64,000 nt of DNA from Actinomycetota bacterium (GTDB lineage: Bacteria; Actinomycetota; Thermoleophilia; Gaiellales; Gaiellaceae), in contig OMIZ01000160.1 in the NCBI GenBank assembly GCA_900299235.1, positions 79-64,078 of the forward strand. Reading direction: 5' to 3'. The translations under genes were made by a program, and so were the position numbers. This document shows, in pieces, positions 54,660 through 63,431 of this stretch. Numbering within the stretch: the stretch's first letter is position 1; each line of letters opens with the position of its first letter. The notes under the pieces were generated by a model. It was not told the origin of the DNA, did not search any database, and was given only the letters and a program-made list of their open reading frames with translations.

Positions 54660-55911
54660 CGCAGTCGTTCGGCTCGCGGCCCGCGATCGGTCGCTCACGG
54701 CCGTTGTCTGTTTTAGCGTCCTGCTTGGCCTTTGGAACGTGTCGCAGTACTTCCCAAGCGCGGGGTACGACGGGGTCGAGCACATGCAGTACGCAGACGG
54801 ACTGATCTTCGGCGGTCAGCTGCCGCATTACACGGGCGAGTACTACACGCCGCCCGGCTACTACACCGTCGCGGGCGTCGCCGACTGGGTCGCACGTCAC
54901 CTCGGCGTAGGTGAGTGGCACCGCGCGGGCATGGCACTCAATGTCGTCTTTCTCGCGGCGACGGTGATCGCCGTCCATCGCCTCGCGCGCGAGCTGTGGC
55001 CCGTACGGCCGCAGCGGGCGCTCCTCGCGGCAGGCTTCGTGGCGCTCTTTCCGCTGGCCGTCAAGGACGAGGCGATGTTCCATCCCGAGACGCTGTCGTT
55101 GTGTCTGACGACAATTGCGCTCCTGCTGTGCGTGCGGACGTTCGTCAATCCACGCCGAGCGTGGGCGCTTGGCTTGACGCTCGGACTCGCGCAGCTCGTG
55201 CGTGCGCCCGCGCTCTGGGCGGTTGCCGCCTGCGTGCTCGCCCTCGCGGTCGGGCGTCGGTTTCGTGAGGCGGCGATCGTCGTTGTCGTTGCTGGCGTGA
55301 TCGCAGCACCGTGGTACATCCACCAGTACGGCACCTATGGCGGCTCGCCCGTCTTCAATCGGCCGACGGTGCAGAAGCCGCTCTTGGAGCGACGCCCTGC
55401 GGCGTTCTACGTCGACCCAGGGGTTCCGGCGGTCGTGACTGCCCCGTACAAGCGGCACTTCTTGAACCGCCTGTTGCCCACCACCTACGCGGAGGCGTGG
55501 GGTGATTACTTCGGCGTGTGGGCCTGGAATGGCGGTGGGAACGGCGGTCACGGAACGCCGGGCGCAACAGCGCGCACCGAGATGGTGATTCAGTCGCTCG
55601 TCGGGATCGTGCCGACGCTTCTCGCCCTAGCTGGCTGGGTGTTCTTGCTCGGGGAAACGCGTCGACGTCCCGAACGGCTACCGATCGTGCTCGTGCCGCT
55701 CTTTGGTGTTGCGTCGTACGTGCTCTTCACCGTGTCGTATCCGACCCCGGACGGTGACGTGCTCAAGGCGACCTACATGCTCACCGCGGCGGGAGCGTGG
55801 GCTCTCGGTTTCGCAACGGCGTTCGATCGGCTCCATAGTCGCTGGCGGCGAGGCGCCCTCACCGTGCTCGCGGTCTCGGCGGTCGCCGAGCTCCCGTTCC
55901 TTCTCTACTAG
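54652..55911 (+). CDS. GT-C-fold membrane glycosyltransferase, ArnT/PMT_2 (GT39/GT83)-like
   Basis: GTG 54652 overlaps the upstream TAG. DGVEHMQYADGL..YYTPPGYYTVAG..VVFLAATVIAVHRLAREL..FHPETLSLCLTTIALLL follows the ArnT/PMT_2 pattern. There are about 11 TM spans. Confidence 0.65.
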   Translation: MGSAVVRLAARDRSLTAVVCFSVLLGLWNVSQYFPSAGYDGVEHMQYADGLIFGGQLPHYTGEYYTPPGYYTVAGVADWVARHLGVGEWHRAGMALNVVFLAATVIAVHRLARELWPVRPQRALLAAGFVALFPLAVKDEAMFHPETLSLCLTTIALLLCVRTFVNPRRAWALGLTLGLAQLVRAPALWAVAACVLALAVGRRFREAAIVVVVAGVIAAPWYIHQYGTYGGSPVFNRPTVQKPLLERRPAAFYVDPGVPAVVTAPYKRHFLNRLLPTTYAEAWGDYFGVWAWNGGGNGGHGTPGATARTEMVIQSLVGIVPTLLALAGWVFLLGETRRRPERLPIVLVPLFGVASYVLFTVSYPTPDGDVLKATYMLTAAGAWALGFATAFDRLHSRWRRGALTVLAVSAVAELPFLLY

Positions 55912-55919
55912 GGACGGGG

Positions 55920-56990
55920 CTAGGAGGCCGACTGGCCGAGCGCGTCGTCGAGCATGTCGCGCAAGAAGCCGTCAAGCCCTTCGCCGGGCTGCCAGCCAAG
56001 TTCAGCTGTGATCCGGGAAGGATCGGCGGCGATTGCGACCGGGTCGGCTGGGCGAATGAACGACGGGTCAACGACCACCGCGGTCATGCCTGTGTCGGCG
56101 AACTGGGCCGACCAGGCGACGGGATCGTCGCCCTCGAGCTCCCAGGTCAGCGTGTGGCCAGCCAGCGCAAATGCGCGGTCGACGAGTTCCCACACGTGGT
56201 GCAGACGCCCCGTGCCAAGGACGTAGTCGCGGTAGTTCGAAGCGATGTCGTCGTCGCCGCGAACCTGGGTTTGGCGAAGGATCGTGATCATCCCGTCGGC
56301 GTACTCGGGCGCGAAGCCCCAGTCGCGCTGCACCTTCAGGTTGCCGAGCGCCAGCGGCCCAATCGCCCTGCCTGTGTGGAGTGCGACGAGATGGTCGATC
56401 ACCTTCCGCGTGAGAAAGCGTGAGCCGCGCCGTCGCGACTCGTGGTTGAAAAGGATGCCGCACGCGATTCGCACGTCATAGGACTCGCGATAGCTACGGC
56501 ACAGCAGATGCGCGGCGGCTTTAGCCGCGGCATAGGGACTCTGCGGGTTGAGAGCAGAGCGCTCGTCGTGAACGACGCTGGCACCCGGCGCCGACCCGAA
56601 CATCTCGCCCGACGACGCCTGGTAGAAGCGTGTCTCGGGGCTATCGAGGCGTACGGCATCAAGGAGCGACACAACGATGTGGGCATTTGACTCCCACGTC
56701 GCGCGTGGATCCGCGAACGATGCGCCGACACTGCTCTCGCCAGCGAGGTTGTAGAACTCCTCGGGTCGTACGTCACCCACAAGAGCGCAAAGCGGGCCCG
56801 GATCGCGAAGGTCACGCCGAACCGGTCGAAGCCCAGGATGCCGCTCAAAGAGCGCCTCGGCGGCCTGGATGTCGCGTACGGGGGCGTGAACCGTCCACCC
56901 ATCGGCCAGGAGGCGGCGGATGAGGAAATAGCCATCCTGCCCGGTCGCTCCGGTCACGATGGCGGTGCGGGGCTCAACGGGTCGCCGCAT
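55920..56990 (-). CDS. gmd: GDP-mannose 4,6-dehydratase
   Basis: AIVTGATGQDGYFL, RFYQASSGEMFG, SPYAAAK, CGILFNHESRRRGSRFLTRK and QRDWGFA match remembered E. coli Gmd blocks. ATG 56990 is preferred over GTG 57008. Confidence 0.85.
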   Translation of the reverse strand: MRRPVEPRTAIVTGATGQDGYFLIRRLLADGWTVHAPVRDIQAAEALFERHPGLRPVRRDLRDPGPLCALVGDVRPEEFYNLAGESSVGASFADPRATWESNAHIVVSLLDAVRLDSPETRFYQASSGEMFGSAPGASVVHDERSALNPQSPYAAAKAAAHLLCRSYRESYDVRIACGILFNHESRRRGSRFLTRKVIDHLVALHTGRAIGPLALGNLKVQRDWGFAPEYADGMITILRQTQVRGDDDIASNYRDYVLGTGRLHHVWELVDRAFALAGHTLTWELEGDDPVAWSAQFADTGMTAVVVDPSFIRPADPVAIAADPSRITAELGWQPGEGLDGFLRDMLDDALGQSAS

Positions 56991-57054
56991 CCGCACAAGT
57001 GTAAGCACCCCCTTGGCGAGGCGACGGCAGGGGTATCAACTACGCTGATGGCGC
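56991..57054. promoter_or_regulatory. Divergent intergenic region (gmd / ATP-grasp operon)
   Basis: This is a 64-nt gap if gmd starts at ATG 56990. Confidence 0.25.
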
Positions 57055-58053
57055 GTGACGGTCGTGCTCTTCACTTGCGCCGGTCAGCGCGTCGACATCG
57101 TCACGGCGTTTCGACGTGCCGGTGCCACGACCGTTGCCACGGATCTCAGCGAACTCGCCCCGGCGTTGTACGCCGCAGATCACCGTGAGCTGATCCCAGC
57201 GGTTGGCGATCCGGGGTACATCGGCGCGCTTGCGGCGCTTGTGCGGCAGTACGGTGCAACGCTCGTCGTGCCGCTCACCGATCTCGACCACGAGATCCTT
57301 GCCACGCATCGCGACGAGATTCCCGCGCTCGTGCTGCTTGCGGGAATCGACGCGATCCGGCGCTGCGCCGACAAGTGGCTCGCGCATAGGTTCTTTGAGG
57401 AGGTTGGCCTCCCGACGCCACCGACGTGGCTTCCCGATGCGCTGCCCGACGATCTTCCTTTTCCCGTTCTCGTCAAGGCACGGCGTGGCTTCGGGTCTCG
57501 GGGCATCTACCGGGCGAACAACCATCAGGAGCTCGACTACTTCCTCGCTCGCGTCGACACCCCCTCAATGGTGCAGCGCGCCTGTGCTGGCGAAGAGTTC
57601 TCGATCGACGTGTTTTGTGACCTCGAGAGTCGCTGCCTCAATGCCGTTCCGCGCACGATGATTGAGTCGAAGGGTGGCGAGACGATCAAGGGAAAGACGA
57701 TCAAGGATCGCGACCTGATCGAGCACGGTGCGCGTGTTGCCGAAGCGCTCGGGATCGTTGGGCCGGCAAACGTGCAGTGCTTCCGAGAACCTGACGGGTC
57801 ACTGCCGGTTACCGACGTCAACCCGCGGTTCGGCGGCGGCTTCCCGTTGCCCACCGCTGCAGGCTCTCGGTACCCGGAACTCGCGCTGGAACTCGCTGCT
57901 GGTGGTCGACCCGAGCCGCACCTCGGCGACTTTGAAGATGGAGTGATCTTGACCCGATACTTTGGCGAAGTGATCCTCCGCGAGGTAAACGGCCGGCTCG
58001 AAGCGCTGCCTCAACCACCTCTCAACACGGAGAACACGCGCAGCGACTCATGA
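57055..58053 (+). CDS. ATP-grasp domain ligase (CarB-like short ATP-grasp found in glycan loci)
   Basis: PFPVLVKARRGFGSRGIYRANN, EEFSIDVFCD and VTDVNPRFGGGFPL are the ATP-grasp core motifs. The start is GTG. Confidence 0.8.
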   Translation: MTVVLFTCAGQRVDIVTAFRRAGATTVATDLSELAPALYAADHRELIPAVGDPGYIGALAALVRQYGATLVVPLTDLDHEILATHRDEIPALVLLAGIDAIRRCADKWLAHRFFEEVGLPTPPTWLPDALPDDLPFPVLVKARRGFGSRGIYRANNHQELDYFLARVDTPSMVQRACAGEEFSIDVFCDLESRCLNAVPRTMIESKGGETIKGKTIKDRDLIEHGARVAEALGIVGPANVQCFREPDGSLPVTDVNPRFGGGFPLPTAAGSRYPELALELAAGGRPEPHLGDFEDGVILTRYFGEVILREVNGRLEALPQPPLNTENTRSDS

Positions 58054-59294
58054 GACGGCGGCTGGTCTACGGTGGGGCAGGCACTCTCATCGTGGCGCTG
58101 ATTGCGGCGGGTGCGTACGTGCTGCACGTCCGTCAGGCTGGACGCGACATCCGAGGCTCCTCGACTGAGCAGTTTGTGACGACGATCGCTCCGCCTGTCA
58201 TCACGGGTCCCGGCGTCGTCTGGCCTGCTTACGGTTTCGACGCGTCGCGTCGACGTGTCGCTGTCGGGATCACGCTGCGACCACCGTTCCGCCAGGCGTG
58301 GCTCTTCCACGCGCAGACGCTCGTCGAGTTCCCGCCGGTCGTCGCGTACGGGCGTCTGTACTTCGCAACGAACTCCGGGATGGTCTTCGCGATCAACGCG
58401 ACGACGGGGCTTCGTGCCTGGGCGCACCAGACCGATCGGTGCCAAGCTGCCTCACCAGCGGTCGCGGACGCGACGGTCTACGTCGCGTTCCTCAATCCGC
58501 GACCCTGCAACGCCTCGGGCGGCAAGGGTCACATCGTCGCCTACTGGGCTGGGTCGGGCGACGTGCGTTGGAGCCGCCCGATCGGCCCCTCAGAGACCTC
58601 GCCCGTCGTCGTCGGCGACTCTGTCTATGTCGGCGACTGGGATGGATACGTGTACGCGTTTTCGGCCCGAACTGGACGTCTCTGGTGGAAGTTCAAGTCC
58701 GACGGGAAGGTGAAGGGTGGCGTCGCGGTCGTCGGAGGACGGGTCTACTTCGGGACCTACGGCTCGAGTGTCTACGCCGTTAGCGCGACGACAGGCAAGG
58801 AGATCTGGCGATCGAGCGCTCAGCAGCGTCTTGGCTCGGCTGGGCACTTTTACGCGACGCCGGCGGTTGCGTACGGTCGTGTCTATGTTGGCGCGACTGA
58901 CGGCAAGGTCTACTCGTTTGGTGCCGACACCGGTGATCTGATCTGGTCGCACTACACGGGCGGCTACGTCTACTCCTCCTCGGCGGTCTGGCACGACCTC
59001 GTCTTGACCGGGTCGTACTCCGGGCGATTCTCCGCCTACGACGCAGCGACGGGTGACACACGTTGGACGTTCGATGCCGACGGTCGGATCTCAGGCTCGC
59101 CGACGGTCGTCGCCGGAATCGTTTACTTCGCGACGCTCAAGGGCACGACGTATGGCCTCGACGCACTCACAGGCAAGCAGGTGTGGACGTTCCCCGATGG
59201 CAAGTATTCACCCGTTGTTGCGGACACACACCGTGTCTACCTCACCGGATACGGCCGCATCTATGGGCTTGAGCCGAGCCACCCGGTAGGCTGA
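58050..59294 (+). CDS. PQQ-like/BamB-like beta-propeller repeat protein with N-terminal membrane anchor
   Basis: The N-terminal TM span is LVYGGAGTLIVALIAAGAYVL. About 8 repeats of the type G.VYV.t.dG.vYA.da.TG...W are present (e.g. DGYVYAFSARTGRLWWKF, DGKVYSFGADTGDLIWSH). There is ATGA coupling to the ATP-grasp gene. Confidence 0.8.
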   Translation: MRRRLVYGGAGTLIVALIAAGAYVLHVRQAGRDIRGSSTEQFVTTIAPPVITGPGVVWPAYGFDASRRRVAVGITLRPPFRQAWLFHAQTLVEFPPVVAYGRLYFATNSGMVFAINATTGLRAWAHQTDRCQAASPAVADATVYVAFLNPRPCNASGGKGHIVAYWAGSGDVRWSRPIGPSETSPVVVGDSVYVGDWDGYVYAFSARTGRLWWKFKSDGKVKGGVAVVGGRVYFGTYGSSVYAVSATTGKEIWRSSAQQRLGSAGHFYATPAVAYGRVYVGATDGKVYSFGADTGDLIWSHYTGGYVYSSSAVWHDLVLTGSYSGRFSAYDAATGDTRWTFDADGRISGSPTVVAGIVYFATLKGTTYGLDALTGKQVWTFPDGKYSPVVADTHRVYLTGYGRIYGLEPSHPVG

Positions 59295-59300
59295 CGCCCC

Positions 59301-60212
59301 ATGCGCTACGCAGTCACCGGTGCGGCCGGGTTCATCGGCTCGCACCTGTCGGAGACGCTGCTTGCTGCTGGGCATGAGGTCGTCGGCTTCGACTCGTTCA
59401 CCGACTACTACGACCCAGCACTGAAAGAGGAGAACGCTCGCGACCTCGAGGTGCGCCGGGTCGATCTCGCGACAGATCCTCTCGACTTCTCGGGCTTTGC
59501 TGGCGTCTTCCACCTGGCAGGACAGCCGGGAGTCCGCAGCTTCGGCGAGGTCTTTCCCGTGTACCTCACGCGGAACGTGCTCGCGTCGCAGCGGGTCTTC
59601 GAAGCCGCGGCGCGAGATCGTGTTCGCGTGGTGTTTGCGTCATCGAGCTCGATCTACGGCGCCGCAGAGCGCTATCCGACGCCCGAGGAAACGCCGCCCC
59701 AGCCTCTTTCGCCGTATGGCATCACGAAGCTCGCATGCGAGCACCTCGCCGACGCGTATCACCGATCGTTCAACCTCGACGCGGTCGTGTTGCGCTACTT
59801 CAACGCGTTCGGTCCGCGCCAGCGGCCTGACATGGCGTTCACGCGCATCCTCTTAGCGCTTGCCTCGGGCGGCTCGTTCGAGCTGTTCGGCGACGGGAAG
59901 CAGTCGCGGGGTTGGACGTACGTTGCCGACGTCGTCGCCGCGACGATCCTCGCAATGGAGCGGGGCTCAGGGACGTACAACATCGGTGGTGCGCTTGAGG
60001 CCTCGATGAACGAGACGATTGCGCTTGCCGAAGAGATCTCCGGTCGGACACTCGATCTCCATCGTCGTGACGAAGTTCCCGGCGATCAGCGGCGCACGAA
60101 AGCCGATACGACAAGGGCTCGAACCGAGCTCGGATGGACGCCACAGACGACTCTCGAGGAGGGTCTCCGGGCGCAGTGGGAGTGGGCATCGACTAGAGTC
60201 GGCGGCAGATGA
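59301..60212 (+). CDS. NAD-dependent sugar-nucleotide epimerase/dehydratase (extended SDR; UDP-glucuronate-4-epimerase-like)
   Basis: MRYAVTGAAGFIGSHL is the GxxGxxG motif. ASSSSIYG and YGITK provide the catalytic S...YxxxK set. Confidence 0.85.
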   Translation: MRYAVTGAAGFIGSHLSETLLAAGHEVVGFDSFTDYYDPALKEENARDLEVRRVDLATDPLDFSGFAGVFHLAGQPGVRSFGEVFPVYLTRNVLASQRVFEAAARDRVRVVFASSSSIYGAAERYPTPEETPPQPLSPYGITKLACEHLADAYHRSFNLDAVVLRYFNAFGPRQRPDMAFTRILLALASGGSFELFGDGKQSRGWTYVADVVAATILAMERGSGTYNIGGALEASMNETIALAEEISGRTLDLHRRDEVPGDQRRTKADTTRARTELGWTPQTTLEEGLRAQWEWASTRVGGR

Positions 60213-61078
60213 GCATCCTTTCCCCATCGAGCGAGGCCGAGCGCGACGTTGATCTGAGCCGTTGGAAGCGCGCGATCACGCTGCGCTGGTGGCTCCCTGC
60301 AGGCGGTGCGATCGCGGGCATCGTGCTCGGCGCTGTGCTTGCGGTCTCGGGTGGCAGCCTCTTCCAGGCATCGGTTCTGATCATTCCCGGCCAGCCGTTT
60401 ACGCCAAACGGCGGAACGCCGGTGCTGACCTACCAGGCGAGCCCTCGGGCGATCCAGGAGCTCGTAACGTCGGAAGAGGCGCTCAAAGCCGCTGCCGACG
60501 CGGGTGGTATGCCGGCAAACACCTACGCTGGCCACATCAGTGTTACCACGGTGACGACGGGCATCACCACCGCTGCGAGCCGCGGAGCGAACCTGATCAA
60601 GATTCTCGTTCAGGGCAAGAAGCAGAAGGCGACACAGGAGGCCGCGAACGCACTCGCTGCGTACGTGGTTCAGCACACCACCTCGTCGTACATCCAGAAG
60701 GTGATCGACACCTACAAGGCCGATCTCACGAGCTACGCGGCGCAGCTTGCTGCGCTGAAGACGCGACTTGAAGCCCTGAACAGTGCGATCAAGACGGAGA
60801 AGCTTGCCCCGCTCGATCAGCTCGTGCTCGTGAGCCAGATCGACAATGCCGAGCAGCGCCAGGGAACGCTGATCGAGACACAGTCCCTTACCCAGGAGCA
60901 GCTCGCGCTGGCAGAGAACGTCTCGATCACGCAGATCCTCAACAAGGCCGTTGCGGTGAAGACGACGGCGCGCTCAAGCCGCAACTCGATGCTGATCGGC
61001 CTCTTGCTTGGGCTGATCCTCGGCGCAATCGCCGCGGTTGTCGCCGACTCCCGCGGCGCACGTCCTCGCACGGCGTAG
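60209..61078 (+). CDS. wzz: Polysaccharide co-polymerase / chain-length-determinant-like protein (Wzz/PCP-1 topology, no kinase domain)
   Basis: The N-terminal TM span is WWLPAGGAIAGIVLGAVLAV. The central region is long, Ala/Gln/Leu-rich and coiled-coil-like. The C-terminal TM span is MLIGLLLGLILGAIAAVV. There is an ATGA overlap at 60209. Confidence 0.65.
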   Translation: MSILSPSSEAERDVDLSRWKRAITLRWWLPAGGAIAGIVLGAVLAVSGGSLFQASVLIIPGQPFTPNGGTPVLTYQASPRAIQELVTSEEALKAAADAGGMPANTYAGHISVTTVTTGITTAASRGANLIKILVQGKKQKATQEAANALAAYVVQHTTSSYIQKVIDTYKADLTSYAAQLAALKTRLEALNSAIKTEKLAPLDQLVLVSQIDNAEQRQGTLIETQSLTQEQLALAENVSITQILNKAVAVKTTARSSRNSMLIGLLLGLILGAIAAVVADSRGARPRTA

Positions 61079-61129
61079 AGACGACCTCGCCGTGGCGCGT
61101 CGCGGACGGCAGCATGTGAGGGTCACAGC

Positions 61130-61474
61130 GTGAGACGCCTCATCTGCTTTGTCGGCGCCGTTGTAGCAGTCGTGATCGCGTTTCCAAAGACGTGGAACGA
61201 CCTCACCGCGGCGCGAACGCATCTCGACCATGCCTCCGCACAGATCGCGCCAGCGGTTCACGAGCAGCTTGACCTTGAGCTGATCTCGTCCTGGGCAGCC
61301 CGCGTGGGCCCTCACGACCGCTGGTGGATCGTCGTGCCGAACGACCGACCGGAGGGCCTGACAACCCGCGCCGAGGTCTATCGAGCCTACGCGACCTACG
61401 CGTTCCTGCCCGCGACGCCTGCATCGTCGCTTGCCGATGCGACCGTTGTCTTGCGACCGAAGGCCCTGCCGTGA
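61130..61474 (+). CDS. Small hypothetical membrane-anchored protein
   Basis: The GTG start gives the N-terminal hydrophobic helix LICFVGAVVAVVIAF. The stop overlaps the next start (GTGA at 61471). I recognise no family. Confidence 0.4.
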   Translation: MRRLICFVGAVVAVVIAFPKTWNDLTAARTHLDHASAQIAPAVHEQLDLELISSWAARVGPHDRWWIVVPNDRPEGLTTRAEVYRAYATYAFLPATPASSLADATVVLRPKALP

Positions 61475-62760
61475 TCCTGCAGCTACTGCTCGCGAACCTG
61501 CTCGAGCTCGGCATCGGCATCGGTGTCGCGTCGCTGCTTCGGCTGCCCCTTGGCGCGAGCTATCTCGCTGGTCTCGGAGCGACCGGAATTCTGTCGGCAC
61601 ACCTCGCTCTCATCCACATTACGTTCGGCTGGTGGGCGCTTCTAGCGACCTGTGCGCTATCGCTTGGACTTGGTCGACGCTTCGGGGACATTCCCGCAGT
61701 CCAGATTCGACGGCCTCGGCTCGGGTTGATCGGTTGGGCATCGCTCCTCGCGCTCGGTGCTCTCCTGGTACACGCGTGGCCGGTGTTTCGGGCAAAGCCG
61801 CTCGACAACTACGACGCGTGGGCAATGTGGGGAATGAAGGCAAAGGCGCTCACCCTCTTCGGCTGGGTCGACCCGCACCTCTTCGCAGCGTCGGGGGCGC
61901 AGCCACTTCATCTCGACTACCCGCTCCTCGTGCCGTCGCTTGAAGCCGTTACCGCACGGGCGATGGGCCACTTCGACTCGGAGGCGATCCACCTGCAGTT
62001 CCTCTTGATCGGCGTCGCCGGGATCGCCGCGTTCTACGCGTACTTCCGCGACTCAGTGTCGCGGCGACTTACCTGGGTGTGGCTCGTCGTGCTCGCCGCG
62101 GCACCGGCGTTTGTCGGTCAGCTGCTGACCGCATACGCAGACATCCCGCTTGCGCTCTTTGTCGGCGCAGCCGTTCTCGCGGCAGCGTCCTGGATCGCGC
62201 GCGGGGCCGTCGGGTTCCCGCTTGCGCCGGCGTTCTTCCTCGCGTGTGCTTCGCTCACAAAGAACGAAGGGGTCGTGTACGCCGCCGCGCTCTTGATTGC
62301 GCTGTTGATTGCGACGCGGCGTCTGCGTGCCGTGATCGTCACCGGGCTGCTCGTCGAGGCGACGCTTCTTCCGTGGCAGGTATGGCTTGCAGTGCGGCAC
62401 GTCCACTCCGACACGATTCTCACTGTCCACTCGCTGGAAGTACGTCACCCAGGAATCGCGCCGCTTGCGCTCCACGCACTCCTGCGCCCGGCTCTCTCCC
62501 TCGACACGTGGCCGCTGATCCTGCCGCTCTTTGGGGTAGCGGTACTCCTCGCCCGCGCGACGCACGTTGCCGTGTTCGCTTCGGCCTTCGTTGTCGCGGC
62601 CTTCCTGGGGCTGGATTGGATCTACGTCGTGAGTCCGCTTGAGTGGTCGAACTACCTCTCCTACTCAGGAGATCGGGTGATCGACGGTGCTCTTGTGGGG
62701 GCCGCGGTGCTGACACCCCTCCTTGCAACGCGCCGGGCGAGTAGGATCGGCACGCCGTGA
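61471..62760 (+). CDS. Polytopic membrane protein, GT-C-like candidate polyprenyl-phosphate-sugar-dependent glycosyltransferase
   Basis: GTG 61471 overlaps the upstream TGA; the listed 61324 start is Arg/Pro-rich and overlaps the previous ORF. There are about 11 TM spans. The first loop carries KPLDNYDAWAMWGMKAK. It is GTGA-coupled to the DPM1-like GT2 at 62757. Confidence 0.6.
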   Translation: MILQLLLANLLELGIGIGVASLLRLPLGASYLAGLGATGILSAHLALIHITFGWWALLATCALSLGLGRRFGDIPAVQIRRPRLGLIGWASLLALGALLVHAWPVFRAKPLDNYDAWAMWGMKAKALTLFGWVDPHLFAASGAQPLHLDYPLLVPSLEAVTARAMGHFDSEAIHLQFLLIGVAGIAAFYAYFRDSVSRRLTWVWLVVLAAAPAFVGQLLTAYADIPLALFVGAAVLAAASWIARGAVGFPLAPAFFLACASLTKNEGVVYAAALLIALLIATRRLRAVIVTGLLVEATLLPWQVWLAVRHVHSDTILTVHSLEVRHPGIAPLALHALLRPALSLDTWPLILPLFGVAVLLARATHVAVFASAFVVAAFLGLDWIYVVSPLEWSNYLSYSGDRVIDGALVGAAVLTPLLATRRASRIGTP

Positions 62761-63428
62761 AAGTCACGTTTCTCGTCCCCGCGTACAACGAAGCCGCCAC
62801 GATCGGTGAGGTCCTGACGCGAATCGCGGAGCTTGACCTCGATACCGAGGTGATCGTTGTCGACGACGGCTCGAAGGACAACACCGCCGAGATCGCTCGT
62901 TCGCACGGGGCAACGGTTATCGAGAAGGTGAATGGGGGAAAGGGATCGGCGCTTCGCGCAGGTATCCCTGCGATCACCGGTGATATCGCGGTCATCCAAG
63001 ACGCGGATATGGAGTACGACCCATTCGAGGTGCCAGCGCTCGTTCAGCCGATCATCGACGGTGTCGCTGACGTCGTTCTCGGTTCCCGGCTCTCGGGTGG
63101 GCGTCCGCAGCGCGTGTACCTCTTCTGGCATCTCGTCGGCAACAAGTTTCTGTCGCTCCTCACGAACATCCTCTTCAACACGACGATCTCCGATATGGAG
63201 ACGGGCTACAAGGCCTTCCGGAGTGAGATCTTGCAGTCGCTTGATCTCAGAGAGAACAAGTTCGGAATCGAGCCTGAGATCACGGGGAAGATCTGCCGCA
63301 AGAAGCTGCGGATCTACGAGCTGCCGATCTCGTACTACGGGCGCACGTACGACGAGGGGAAGAACATCACCTGGCGCGACGGGTTCCGTGCGATCTGGGT
63401 GCTCTTCCGCGTTCGGATTTTCGGGTAG
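62757..63428 (+). CDS. GT2 polyprenyl-phosphate sugar synthase-like (DPM1/GtrB/ArnC-type), paralogue of 52193..52879
   Basis: VTFLVPAYNEAATIGEVLTRIAELD..VIVVDDGSKDNT is the GT-A N-terminus. QDADMEYD and SDMETGYKAFR follow. It is colinear by eye with the 52193 gene. Confidence 0.85.
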   Translation: MKVTFLVPAYNEAATIGEVLTRIAELDLDTEVIVVDDGSKDNTAEIARSHGATVIEKVNGGKGSALRAGIPAITGDIAVIQDADMEYDPFEVPALVQPIIDGVADVVLGSRLSGGRPQRVYLFWHLVGNKFLSLLTNILFNTTISDMETGYKAFRSEILQSLDLRENKFGIEPEITGKICRKKLRIYELPISYYGRTYDEGKNITWRDGFRAIWVLFRVRIFG

Positions 63429-63431
63429 CCG

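Noticed and set aside
54475-55551. 358-aa minus-strand ORF, together with the 54024..54785 minus-strand ORF
   Set aside because: Both are antisense to the PglC-type transferase and the ArnT-like GT-C gene, both of which have strong family motifs. The translations are Arg/Pro-rich.
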